Positions 13,351-24,900 of a stretch of DNA of 64,000 bases are shown here, in pieces. How positions within the stretch are numbered: the first letter of the stretch is position 1; every line of letters begins with the position of its first letter. The notes under the pieces were generated by a model. The model made no database searches. It was not told the DNA's origin and saw nothing but the letters and a program-made list of their open reading frames with translations. The translations under genes and the position numbers were made by a program. The stretch is from Haplodiscus bocki (taxonomy: Eukaryota), in assembly GCA_965655095.1 (NCBI GenBank), contig OZ296657.1, positions 28,706,001-28,770,000 on the forward strand, in the 5' to 3' direction.

Positions 13351-13828
13351 GGATGGTCATTTGGCTGCCAGAGTCGAAATTTTTTTGAAAGTTGCCGTTA
13401 TTTTTCTAAAATCGCCGGTATTGCCGCTGATACCGCTGCTTTCATTCTAAGATTCGCCGAGCGCTCTTATCATAGCGCATTTTTCGAGGAAATTTAAAAC
13501 AAAATTTCGCAAAGAAACGCCGGTAATGTCGCCTTTATTTTGAAAAAACATCGTTAAAATCTGATAACGTAGTGCGAATATTATTTTTGAAGATATTCTC
13601 TTGGAGAAATCCACTAGATGTCCCGTTCGCATGAAGGAAATACCAACTATCTAATAGAATTATGCATTTAATTTATGTTCTATTGGGAAGCCTTTATATT
13701 TATGCAGTATCAGCTAAGACACACAAACAACCGCAGAATTAGATACTTACGACACGAAAGCCAATATGTCATATTTCTTCTTCTCCCAATGATATGAACG
13801 CGAATATGTAATATTTGTACACATGGAA

Positions 13829-14387
13829 AATGATGGTAATCGCACCTCACTTGACGCCATTCATGATACCCACCATAAACCCTAATTAAGGAAATCATTC
13901 AAAAGTGAGATACAGCACACCTCACTCCACTGCATTATATTGCACATCATCAGCTTTTTATTTAGAATGAGCCACAACAAACTTCTCTCTAGAGCGCAAT
14001 AGATTTATATAAATCAAAATGATTTAATTGAGAATGAACTTTGTCACGCATCATCACAATGCTACCCAACTTCACTGTCAAAAACTCTACCAAATGGAAT
14101 AGAACCGAAACATGCATCAATTCAGTGCAGTTGGTAGAGTAATTTATTGTTTAGATTGAATCGACATACGCTTCACTCTGAGGTGCAGTGCGAACCAGTA
14201 TTGACGAAGTTCATTGTTTAGATTTGCCTAACGCACACTTCACTCAAGATGCAGAAGTATTTGAACATCATTCAAAATTCATCTTCAAGAGTGAGCCCTG
14301 CAACACCTCACTGTCGAATGTCCAATACTCACTGCAGCAGAAGTGCAATGTTGAGAGTGAGTTCTAGCAGACCTCACTCTAGTGCAC
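13829..14387. repeat. degenerate array of AGTGAG-N11-CTCACT palindromes, spaced about 66-75 bp in adjacent units
   Basis: Perfect copies at 13904-13926, 14290-14312 and 14356-14378. Degenerate copies at 13829-13851, 14155-14177 and 14222-14244. Confidence 0.7.
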
Positions 14388-15020
14388 TTTAATTAAATAA
14401 GCGCAAGAAGGCTTTATTGAGCGTTAAGCATATTACCAGCAGTAATTCAGGTGTTTTTACATTCAGTCCTTAGAAAACACGATCATTTACAGTAAGCCGT
14501 ACGTAAACTCACTTCAGTCAATCAATCAATTTACCATCGACGATAATTAGTGCTTATAGTAATAAAGTGATTACACGATGCGACTACAGAGGCCACCATG
14601 ACGTCACCCTTGCTGTCGATATCATGTAGTTTAGTTGTAAATAAAAGTGAAAGATTAGAAACGTAACAAATAAAAAGACGATTGGTGGTAGTTAATAGTG
14701 CGGAGCAACAGAATGAAAAGGAGCTCCAATGAAAATCACTCAAATTGTCAACAGACTTAATTGCGTCCAAAATTAAGCCATAACCCTCGTCGCGCTATCG
14801 ACCTCAACAGACTTTGACTTTAGCCAGTAATGTACATACCTTCGTTGAGCTCTCCTGTAAACACAACGTTAATCCAACATTCTACTCTTTCTATTCATAA
14901 CTAACCACTGTCGTGGCAATATTCCGCTGATATCAATTACGCATCAACTTTTACGAATTTTTCAGACTCTGAACGCCGTTACTACTTTTTCTCAGTAAAT
15001 GAATTGGAAACAGTACACAA

Positions 15021-15810
15021 ATGCACGACAGTTCCACAGAAACCATAGAGTTAAAACAAAAACAAAAACCCGAAATGGACTCACTAGATAACAACTTTTG
15101 CACCAATGAGATTACGCATAGCTCAGTGAGTGAAGCAATCAAACGGGCGACTGAATCAATTCTTCGACAAGTTGAGGAAATATGTGCTTTAAGAGCGAAA
15201 AAGAAAGAAATAGAAACTGCTGGAAACAGCAGAGCTACCGGTTTTAGACGAGGTATTACGTCTGCCTGGCTCCAGGCAACCGGTTTGACATAGCAACAAG
15301 AGCCCACCAGAACCAGCACATAGAAATCCGACTGCATAGGGCAACCACAATGGACATCCTCACAAACTCTGACAACGATCAGCCCAAAAACAATGCATTT
15401 TAATCCAAGATGACGCAATTGATGCACGCGATCACAAGCGTCCCCAACATGATACATAAGACCAGCCAAAATTATAAACTTCTTCGGACAAAAGTTCCGA
15501 TTACCAAGGGACAAAGGTAACAATACAACGAGTTTGAACACGTCCTACTTAACCACATACGACCTTTCCAACACATTATCACCGAAGAAGAAAAGCTCCA
15601 CATCTTCACAAGTCGACTCAGAGAAGACACCATCGAATTCTGTCGAACCATCAGGGTGACTCCTGCGACAACTCTCCATGATGTACTCCCAACGTTCCTC
15701 AAAGAGTGAGGACTTCAAGGAAGTTTCAAAGTATCGATGGGACAAGTTAAAGAATGACCCCCGTCATGAATCATTTTGTGAGATCCTAAGTTACCTCAAG
15801 AAACTTTTTT
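15021..15810 (+). mobile_element. gag: truncated gypsy-like gag relic related to the gag at 281-1989
   Basis: QYNEFEHVLLNHIRPFQHIITEEEKLHIFTSRLREDTIEFCRTIRVTPATTLHDVL...KEVSKYRWDKLKNDP aligns by eye with KIDHFLGHLRKEALQTFRNI...DDVL...AKHKWHKLTFDP. Confidence 0.75.
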
Positions 15811-17861
15811 GCTGGAAAAACTGTGATCATTTTGTTGCGTACATCCTATCATTTTGTGAACTGAACTGAACAGAAGATTTTTATAGAAAACTAAGTCTCG
15901 GATTTATTTAAAATTCAAATTCTCCTTTTTCAACCTCTGGAAAGCGGTATATATTTTTGGGTTCGGCTTAGAAACGTAAAACACATCACGGCAAACATTT
16001 TGAACAAAATTAAAATCAACATAAAAATGTCTGCTACGATTTTAATTATAAAGAGTTTTTGTACAAAAGTAAGGTAACCTCTATTTTTCGCCGAAAAGCC
16101 GGTAACCACTGCTGAACTTCTAAGAAACGCCAGTAACCGCCGTTTTGTTTCTGCAAAATACCGGTTTGTTTTTGCGTTTTTTCCCGCCGATCCGCCGTTA
16201 TCGTAGAAAAATTTCCGCCCGGGTGTTCCTGAAGTTCGTAACTTTATGTTGAATCATCTCAAAATCGTAAATTCTGGTGCAACCTATTTATTGTGTTATT
16301 GTAAACTTTAATTAACATGATGAGTTTAAAGATAATTGAAATTATTGTAGGGAATTAGTAAAGTGAAATGAGTTATCACTTCTATAAATGGTATAGCGAA
16401 TTATGATAAAATGGCAACGAATTGTTTGCAGGTACGAAGTTGTTAAAGTAATGAAAAGAACGTGATGAGTAAACTGGTGGAATATAATAAATTGGTTAAA
16501 GATTAAAAGAGAATAATATATGAAATAGGAAATTAATACGCATATTGTGGATTACTAAGGAAAAGATTTAAATTGCGAAATTTATTGAGTGTTGGAATAT
16601 TAAGTGATTAACTGGCAAAATTTGAAAATTTCACGAGCAAATTTGAAACGAGAACAGGTTTTATTTGGATAAAAGGCGAGAGCAATTGACGGAAGTCAGT
16701 TTGGTGAGGGCATGAACTGGGAGGGGGTTTTAGCTGATCAGGATGAACTAGTTATCACTATAGTGATTGACAAAGGTGGTGGCGTCAATAGGTTGGAAAG
16801 AATCGACTAATTGAATTAATAGAGCTGATTGCTAATGGACGAGTAATATTCGTAAAGTTATAAAGATGATCAAAAATAAGAATACTAAAAATATCATAGA
16901 TAAATACTGAGACTTTAGCAAATTGGGTGGGTTTGTTCCAACATCTAAATCTGGTTTATATGCTTAACAAAATCAATGTTTTGAAACTGCCCATACACAT
17001 AAATTCATCAAAAATGGTTAAAGCTTTAGGGTCCATATTGATTCCGATTGGCAATCATTGGCTTGAAAGCATCGCTTGATGGTTAAAGTGGCACATTTTG
17101 AAGTTAATAAGAGTGATAACAAAATTGAATCGTGAAAGTTTTAATGATGATCATGTTGGCATTGGTAGAAATTCTGGTAGTTCAGCTCTTGTCTCGGAGC
17201 GGATTAGACTTGGACTTGGATGAATGTGCGTATATTTGAAATCATAAATTTTGTGATGCGTAGTGTTGGCAGTTCAAAGTTCTGTCTATCCGATTTCCTT
17301 GACTAGCAGAATTGGCAATACTTGTCTGAAGGCGAAAAAGAAAAACGACAAGACTCATCAAATAATTTTTCTTCCATGTTTAAAAAATGCTGCGAAAAGT
17401 AGCAAAGGATGCTTTTTTGACATCATTTGAGGAAGTTCAAGTTTTGGTTTGTGGAAAGTGACGTCTTTCATTGCCATTTTCTCGCGGGAAATTTGCCCTT
17501 CAGGCTGTGAACTTGGAGAATGTTGCTCCGACACATTGAGGAGTTTCTACGCTTCTTATTGAAAACAAACCATTTACTTGATTGCATTGCTATTTTGATT
17601 TTAGTTTACATTGTTGACGGAAACTTTATTGACAAGTTATAAGATGAGATGTGTTCTGTGTGTCGAGTGTAAATATAACTTGACATACAGGTTGAAAGAA
17701 CAAAGGGGTTGAAGATAAACAATTTCGAGAAGTAACCAAATATTCACTTCTTCCGTTCTCATCAATCACATGATATTTGATATTTTTGTTCTAATTAATT
17801 TATATTCAATCATTTGATTGAAGGTTCGGAAAATTTCGGTTTTGTTTCTGCACTTTATGGG

Positions 17862-18836
17862 ATGAGTTTCAAAGCATTTCTGTTGAACATAGCATATAAT
17901 GTCCTACTTTACAAGACTGTCGCGGTTTCGGCCAATATCGGAGGTCAACCTGCTGCAGAACAGTACCCCTTTTTTGTGGCAGTTTACAGAGAAAATTTGT
18001 AGTTTGTAGTCGACACAGGAATAAATCGTTAAAATCCATTCATTGGCTCTGGTGTAATTTCACGTAAAATTTCAATTTCTTTAGGGTAAGCCTATCGGTG
18101 TTCGTGAGAATCATAAAGACAATGGGCTGCCGTCACTACAACATCTTCGATGGAAAAGTAGAGGCACCATTTCCATCGAAGATGTTGTAGTGACGGCAGC
18201 CCATTGTCTTTATGATTCTCACGAACACCGATAGGCTTACCCTAAAGAAATTGAAATTTTACGTGAAATTACACCAGAGCCAATGAATGGATTTTAACGA
18301 TTTATTCCTGTGTCGACTACAAACCCCATCATAAGTTTGAACCCGTGAAGTATGGACGCAGAAGTTGATATGATGTGGCCGTGGTAAAACTTGGAAGGCC
18401 AACTGAAAATTATGATTATCAAAAAACAGCGCTCAGACCTTGTCCCAAAGGCCACAACAACGGTGGCAGCAAACTTCGATTCGGAACTGCCATTGGTTTA
18501 GGTTTGACCAATCAGCGTCCAAATACGCAATCCGAACAACTGATGGAAGCTGTACTGCACCTGAATGAAAACTGCGGAAACTACAACAACGAAAATTTCT
18601 ACATAAATCAACAACGTCATGTCTGCTATGGTCATGGCAGTAACTTGACTTGCATTGGTGATTCCGGAGGACCACTTGTATACAAAGAAGAAGGTCAAGC
18701 TATTTGTTTGTTGGGCATCTCCACGTTCAACATGGAGCACTGTAACGATCCTCAATATCCGAATGTTTTCTTATCAGCTACAGATTTGAAAAACTGGATA
18801 TGGAGACAAGTTAAATATCTCTTCCAGCAACCCTGA
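17862..18836 (+). pseudogene. intronless secreted S1 (chymotrypsin-fold) serine protease pseudogene
   Basis: Signal-like leader then NIGGQPAAEQYPFFVAV; VVTAAHC (His codon 18202), YDVAVVKL (Asp 18372), CIGDSGGPL (Ser 18663). Lesions: TAG 18232, frameshift ~18264, TGA 18366, plus the inserted inverted duplication. Leu rather than Asp at the position equivalent to 189, so not trypsin specificity. Confidence 0.92.
18002..18324. repeat. perfect inverted repeat, 155-bp arms with a 13-nt spacer
   Basis: 18002-18156 is the exact reverse complement of 18170-18324; spacer AGTAGAGGCACCA (18157-18169). Confidence 0.97.
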
Positions 18837-19779
18837 TAACATGCGTATTTCATTCAACTTTCTAAGCTCTATAGAAATGAAAGACTGGTTTTCTCTCAGC
18901 TTCTCGGAACGTTCTTCTTGTGAATTTTATGAAGAACAAGTTCAAAATGTACAAGTACCAGTAAAAAACATCAACTGCTATAATTGAATTCGTTACTCGA
19001 GCTCAGCGAGCGAAGAAAAAACCGTAGAGTTGATTTTTGTTTTTTTCCGTCCAGTAGAAAGTCTCATATAGTGTTCAGGTGTTCATATTCGGTCATATTG
19101 TCTGGAAAGGGCGCAAAAATAGATCGCCGTCAGTCAGTTCGCTATATATATGAAGCTATGATCACATCGATAGACACACCTCAAACTACTGCAAGGACTT
19201 TTTACTATAATGAGCCTTCAATTTCTTAATACGATTGAAGTTAATCTTTATCGATTAAAGCAACATGGCTAGGTGCTATCTGATATGATGCTTCAGAATT
19301 GCTAGCCATCATAAGTAGAATTTATGTGGAAAAATTCTACAGCAAAATTTGAAAAGTGTTCTAACCATTTCACAGTTCAAATTCCCGCTATCCAGAATCT
19401 CTGGTGTTATCACGAACAAAAAATTTGCTTTTGAACCGATTGAAATGCAGTGATTGAATGCAACCCTTGTGTTCCCTTTGAGGTCAACCTTGTCGCCTGA
19501 GTGTTGACTGAGTTGCTAAGGAATACAACCATATTCAGTCACGTACAGTGCCAAATGAACAATTAGCAAAAACCATCCACATAGCCCAGTGAGCATCAGT
19601 CCTTTGGAAACGCACAACCTAGAGTAGAGTTGTAACATTCTGACACAATTTTCTGCCGCTAAAAACCACTTAAGTATGCATTGGTTGAAGTTAGCTCAGT
19701 TCTAATTTATCGTTCTCCTCAATTCATATTTTAACACGTAACACATATTTTGCAGTGCCAGGAAGCCACCCTAGAAGAA

Positions 19780-22700
19780 AATGAGTTAACACGACAGAAA
19801 GAGTGGACTAAATTATTCGTCTCAACGAGAACGCCTTGATCACGGTCCACAAAGAAAGTAGATGCTCAGAAGTTTTCGAATCGGCTGAAGAGGTTGCCAG
19901 TCAAATGAAAACTGTGACTGACCCACTAAATAAACTGCTATGATTTCATCAGAGATTTAAAACAGAGCTCGTTTAGACGCATTGAAGAGGCCCAGCAATC
20001 AAAACAGCGCTCCTCACGAGCCTACAACAGTACGTTTCACACAGTGATAGCAACAATGAACCCGATAAAGCACCCGAACAAACAGATGACGTCCACTAAA
20101 AGCAACGGAAACACACAGAGACAACCTTTTCTTCTGGCCGATGAACAAAATATGGACCAAATATTTTCAATAGCTCACGCAAAGACCAAATCAATATCGC
20201 CTGCAACACCCTGACGCTTATTCCCCACGGTGACGCTACCCAAAACAGAAGGCTTTTCAGAAAAGTCTCAAACATCAGAAGCTAGAAAGGTTGATTTCAC
20301 GAGTTTGAGCATATTTCCCTCAAACAACTGTACCCTCGCCCACATCACATCACAGAAGAGAAAACCTCAAATAATTTCAAAGTGTTTTGCGGTACAATGA
20401 TACAGTGCTCAGCCGAACGATACAAATGTATTCAGAGACGACACCAATGGAAGCCCTCGGCGAGCATCTCCAAAAAACCTCCACAGTTGAATTGAAAGAA
20501 GGCTCCAAATTGAATTGGGATAAAATCGTCTATAACTCATACAAAACATTTTTCCTACATATCTTGAAGACGGTGGGAAAGACGGCTAAACAAGCTTTCG
20601 GGGAGCAAACCGCTAGAGTTTTTGAGATGTTTTTCTTTGCAAAGTTTTCTGCATAGATAGAACAGAAACCGTTGTCGTGAAAAAAATCCGGAGCAAACGT
20701 AAGACATCAAAACATTTATTCAAAGACGCTTCCATAACCAGTATCGTTCGGCAAACAGCGACTCACCAACCTTTCGACGAAAGGTTCAGCACCACCCAGC
20801 CAAGACGAGCATTCAATAACTGCGACCATCCGTTGAACGAAAAACTCAGATACTATGAAGACTGTCAACACGGTGGCACATGAGGTCAAAGAGAGATTGA
20901 TGCTCCGAAAAACAAGGGAGAAACCAAAAAGAAGCCCAACGAAGCAACCGTACCAAAAATCCACAATGCACTCATGAACTTGTTTGCCCAAACAACGATA
21001 ACACTGGACATTCTGCCCGGGAAGTCAGACACAAGAAAAAAGCCTCCACATACCGCATTATCCCCTACCCTGGGCGAGACAGTGAGGCAATCAAATAATT
21101 GATGAAACAGTTGCAGAAGTTTCAAAAGACAGTCCAAATCAAAGAGGCCTTTTAAGAGCACGCTCATCAGAAAGGCGAAGGTGAAAATGTTTTCAACTAA
21201 AAACGCCACGCCACAATCTTGAACAAAACATTAAGTGTGCGGTGACCGAAGTCCACGTCAAATGTGTATCTGAACCAAAAACAGAAAAGCCCCAGAACTA
21301 CGACAAAAGGAAAACAACAAAGTCAGTGTACCTAAGGGAGCGTTCCTGTGAACCCTGGGCTGCAAAATAGAAGTACAGAAAAACTCGTGTGACTGAAGAA
21401 AATGTCACCTGATCAGCAGCTCCAAAAGAACCAGAAACGAAGCCTCCACGGCAAGAAGCACCAAAACCGGAAAGGCAATCAAAGGCCACACCATTTGATT
21501 TCCTGGTGTATTTGATGGTGTATTTCGCTCACACCATCATCACCAGCCAGGGGATCGTAGTTGCTAACCTCAGTTCTATCACATCCGAAGTAACTCGGCA
21601 CGACCGATTGATGTCATTGGAGAAATTAAATCCATTTCATACTGCCCACAGGAAGCCACAAATGTCATCAACCAAATAGCTTCAGTTTTCCGAACAGTTG
21701 GTAACAGTTGATACCCGACTTCTTTTACGTGCGATAAGTCCGGCCACCAAAACTCCACCAAGAAAACAACCTAAGACGTGAACCTCAAGCTGCAAGAGAA
21801 ACTGGAGCCCACAGTGGATGGTAACCGACGAAAGGCAAAAACGGAACAGTTTCGCTGCGACAACTCCTAACCCACAGCAGAGAAACTGGCTCTGTTTAAC
21901 CAGTTGTTGGTAAAGTATCACCGATTTTCATATACGCCAAAGATGTGACATAAGCTTCAACAACGAGTTGAGCGATCAAGCAACTCCTTACTACGATGGA
22001 AAGACTGTGTCGTTATTAACCAAACCCTACAATTTTGAAAGACAAGATTCTTTTTGAATTTGCAGTTCAGCAAGATCACGTTACAAGAACAAGGATACCT
22101 CTTAGAAAACTCTTCCCCATTTTCCCAAATCGCTAGTCAAACAGTCAGACTAGACTCATGATCAAACTGAGAAGGATCATCCAACAGTTTAAGCACGACT
22201 ATCTTGACCGCCATGATGCAGTCACAACGCAAGACGTACTGTCATAAGATTGATTGTTTTCAAGCCTATCACTGCCTTAAACTGGCAGATGAGTGGTCAG
22301 TCTCGAAACTTTCTCTTAAATTTGGTGCCCCAACCCTGGCCTGAAAAATAGAGACCCTCTCGACGCTTGAACACTTTGTCGTACGCGTTTGACAGTTTTC
22401 TGCGCTAGTACATTGACTCCGTAGTGAATGCAGGTAGATGGGTCCAGCACGTCGATGATATCGCCAAAACTCCCACAGTGCAAAGACATTTCTTGATAAC
22501 CTTGAGCGTGTACTCCTGGCCAATGAACTCTTTAATTTGAAACTATCATTGAAAAGTGTTCGTTCCTCCGAGATAAAACTATCTTCTGAAGGGAAACTAA
22601 CAGGCAGAGAGAAATTGCCTCTTCTCTCAAGAAACTGGACAAAATTTCAGCTTTTCTCGTTTTTCCCAAGTCCCTCTAGCCTTTTTAAGTGTATATAGGT

Positions 22701-24900
22701 TAACGTTTTTAAATAGTCAGTCTATACCCCAATTAACTGAGACGCCGATACCTCTCAATAATTTCCCTAGAACAAAAAGGTTCTTCTAACTCAAGTAAAA
22801 AAGTCGCCATATTCGAAACCAATGCAAGTTCTGCTAACGCCCTTAAACAGTCCATGTGACCCTTTTTGCCCAGAAAACTGTTTGCCATCCTGCCTGACAC
22901 AAGCGAGCAAGCACTGGGAAGTGTCTTGCTCAAAGAAGATTACACTATAACTAAACAAGAGCGAACTAAGACATACACCCGGTAGTTATCGGTTCTATGA
23001 GGTTTTATTTTTAACAATTGTATTTTGCAATGCTTGCTGAAGAAATTTAAACAATGCAATCTGCCTTTTAGCATGCTTGATCAGGCGTTTTAGGTTATCA
23101 AAATGTCTATAAGCCCAGTGACCGAGACTATTACTCAAAAAATTCCTCCAAAACACAGTCACTCACTCTATTTTTTGAGGTTGAATATTTTTCTCCGAAA
23201 CGCTTGAACGTCTCTGATCAAGGCCTTCACTTCAACCTCGCTTTAGCCCAGGCATCAGTCACAAACTTCCGCCGCAGCCTGACTATCTGTCTCGTTCAGA
23301 TAAAGCACAAGCGGATGGGGTTCAATTGGAGTTGGCTGACTCGATCCCAAATGACCACACTAAGATTGGCACGGATACCAAGACAGCAAAGCCATATATT
23401 TTAATCTTGGCCAGATAAGTAAAATTGGGGAAAATACTTCAATCCCAATGAAGCGACCCTACCAGATCCCGTCATGCCTTCAAGTCGACTTGTGGAGAAG
23501 GTTAACGCAAATCTGGTGACAGTTACTAGGTGTAAAGAAAAAGTCAATGGAAAACACAGATGCAGACAAAAACTCGTCTGACAAAAGCCCAAACAAAACA
23601 AAAATAGCACTTGTTGTGACCCTGACTGCTTCATCCATTTTGCTACGACGAGTCCACACCATCTTCCGTTAGTGAAGGAGGTTAAACGGCATGGGGAATT
23701 TTTTGTAATCCTACCCTAGGTCAAGGAAACTACGCTCAAACGATAATCCACATCACCCATGACAGTGGACTCACTCCTTGCTAACTCGTCTTTGAAAGAT
23801 AAACTTCTCAATAATGATTTAGAACCGTAGAACACTCGATTTAGTTAGCGACGTCCTATAGAGAAGAGACTGATTCGATCAAAAAGGTAGAGCCGTAAAT
23901 CAACAGACAGTTGTGTCACAAAGCACTGTCAATTAGATATTCCGGACGCTCCAAGAACACCTCACGCAGAGGCACACTGGCTCATCAAAGACGCTACAAG
24001 GACTCCAATAACAAGTTTATCCATCTAACATAGCTACGAGGGTTCAACCGTACGGCGGCAACTGCCAAGTGTGTTTAAGGACTCAGGAATGTTAGTACCT
24101 AACAATTTGCCCAAACCCTACAAATCTTACGACCCATCTAAAGGCCCTGAAGATGTCGCAGACACCTGACTTGAACGCTGAAATACTAACCACAAACGGA
24201 AGCAGCAACGTCCCCAAATGTCTTCTCCAGGTACCTGTTCGTTTTACTACTCGTTGAAACCTACTCCACATCAATATTTCTTGAACTGCTACAGATACAA
24301 GCGCGTTACACCTCAGAATCTTAGAAGAACTTTACTGTTAGTAAAACAGCTTTGACCTTTCAATTTACAAATCAGGAGCGATCTGATGGAAACCGCGCGA
24401 ATTATGACTATCCAGGCTACTCCGAAACACAGCCATACCATTTGGCATGATCAAACGCAGTCATCAAACCTAACATAGGTTTTCAAAATCAACATTTCAG
24501 CTGCCACACTTTATTAGGATCTCTATCTCACTCAATGTAGCTCTTCTGATTCATAACACTACAAACCAATAGTCCGAAAATTTACCACCTACTAAAACTT
24601 TCCACGCGCGTTTTGCTCACAGTGAAGTGGAATTAACTTCCAGCAAATCAAACACAATCAAAGTCCTAGTACCAAAGCCAACATCTAAACAATGGTTGAC
24701 AAAGTTAACCGGAAATTTAACGAGAACACGTGTAGTTTCATTTGAGCAAGTCACAAACAAAAGAATCTTTTTTTCGATCAAAAAATCAAAAATTAACCAT
24801 TGAGAGCTGTTGGAAATTCGTTTACATTGAACTCTAACTACAACACACAATCAGATGAAAATGAGTTCAAAACGTAACACTGGGACGGTACAAAAAGAGA
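19780..24900 (+). mobile_element. degenerate near-full internal region of a Ty3/gypsy LTR retrotransposon (gag-RT-RNaseH-IN)
   Basis: gag FHEFEH...HITEEK...LNWDKIVYN (~20295-20535), RT WVQHVDDIA (22439-22465), RNaseH ILPDTSEQALGSVLLKEDY (~22886), integrase NCQVC (~24061), YDPSKGPEDV (~24128) and GMIKRSHQ (~24444). Order RT-RH-IN is the gypsy order. Confidence 0.8.

Noticed and set aside
13611-13624. CCACTAGATGTCCC, similar to a CTCF motif
   Set aside because: Single imperfect match inside a repeat; unsupported.
14951-15541. 196-aa minus-strand ORF
   Set aside because: Antisense shadow of the plus-strand gag relic; no motifs.
16300-17300. possible L1/Tx1 endonuclease remnant on the minus strand (RIDR-like)
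   Set aside because: Only one short motif; too weak to call.
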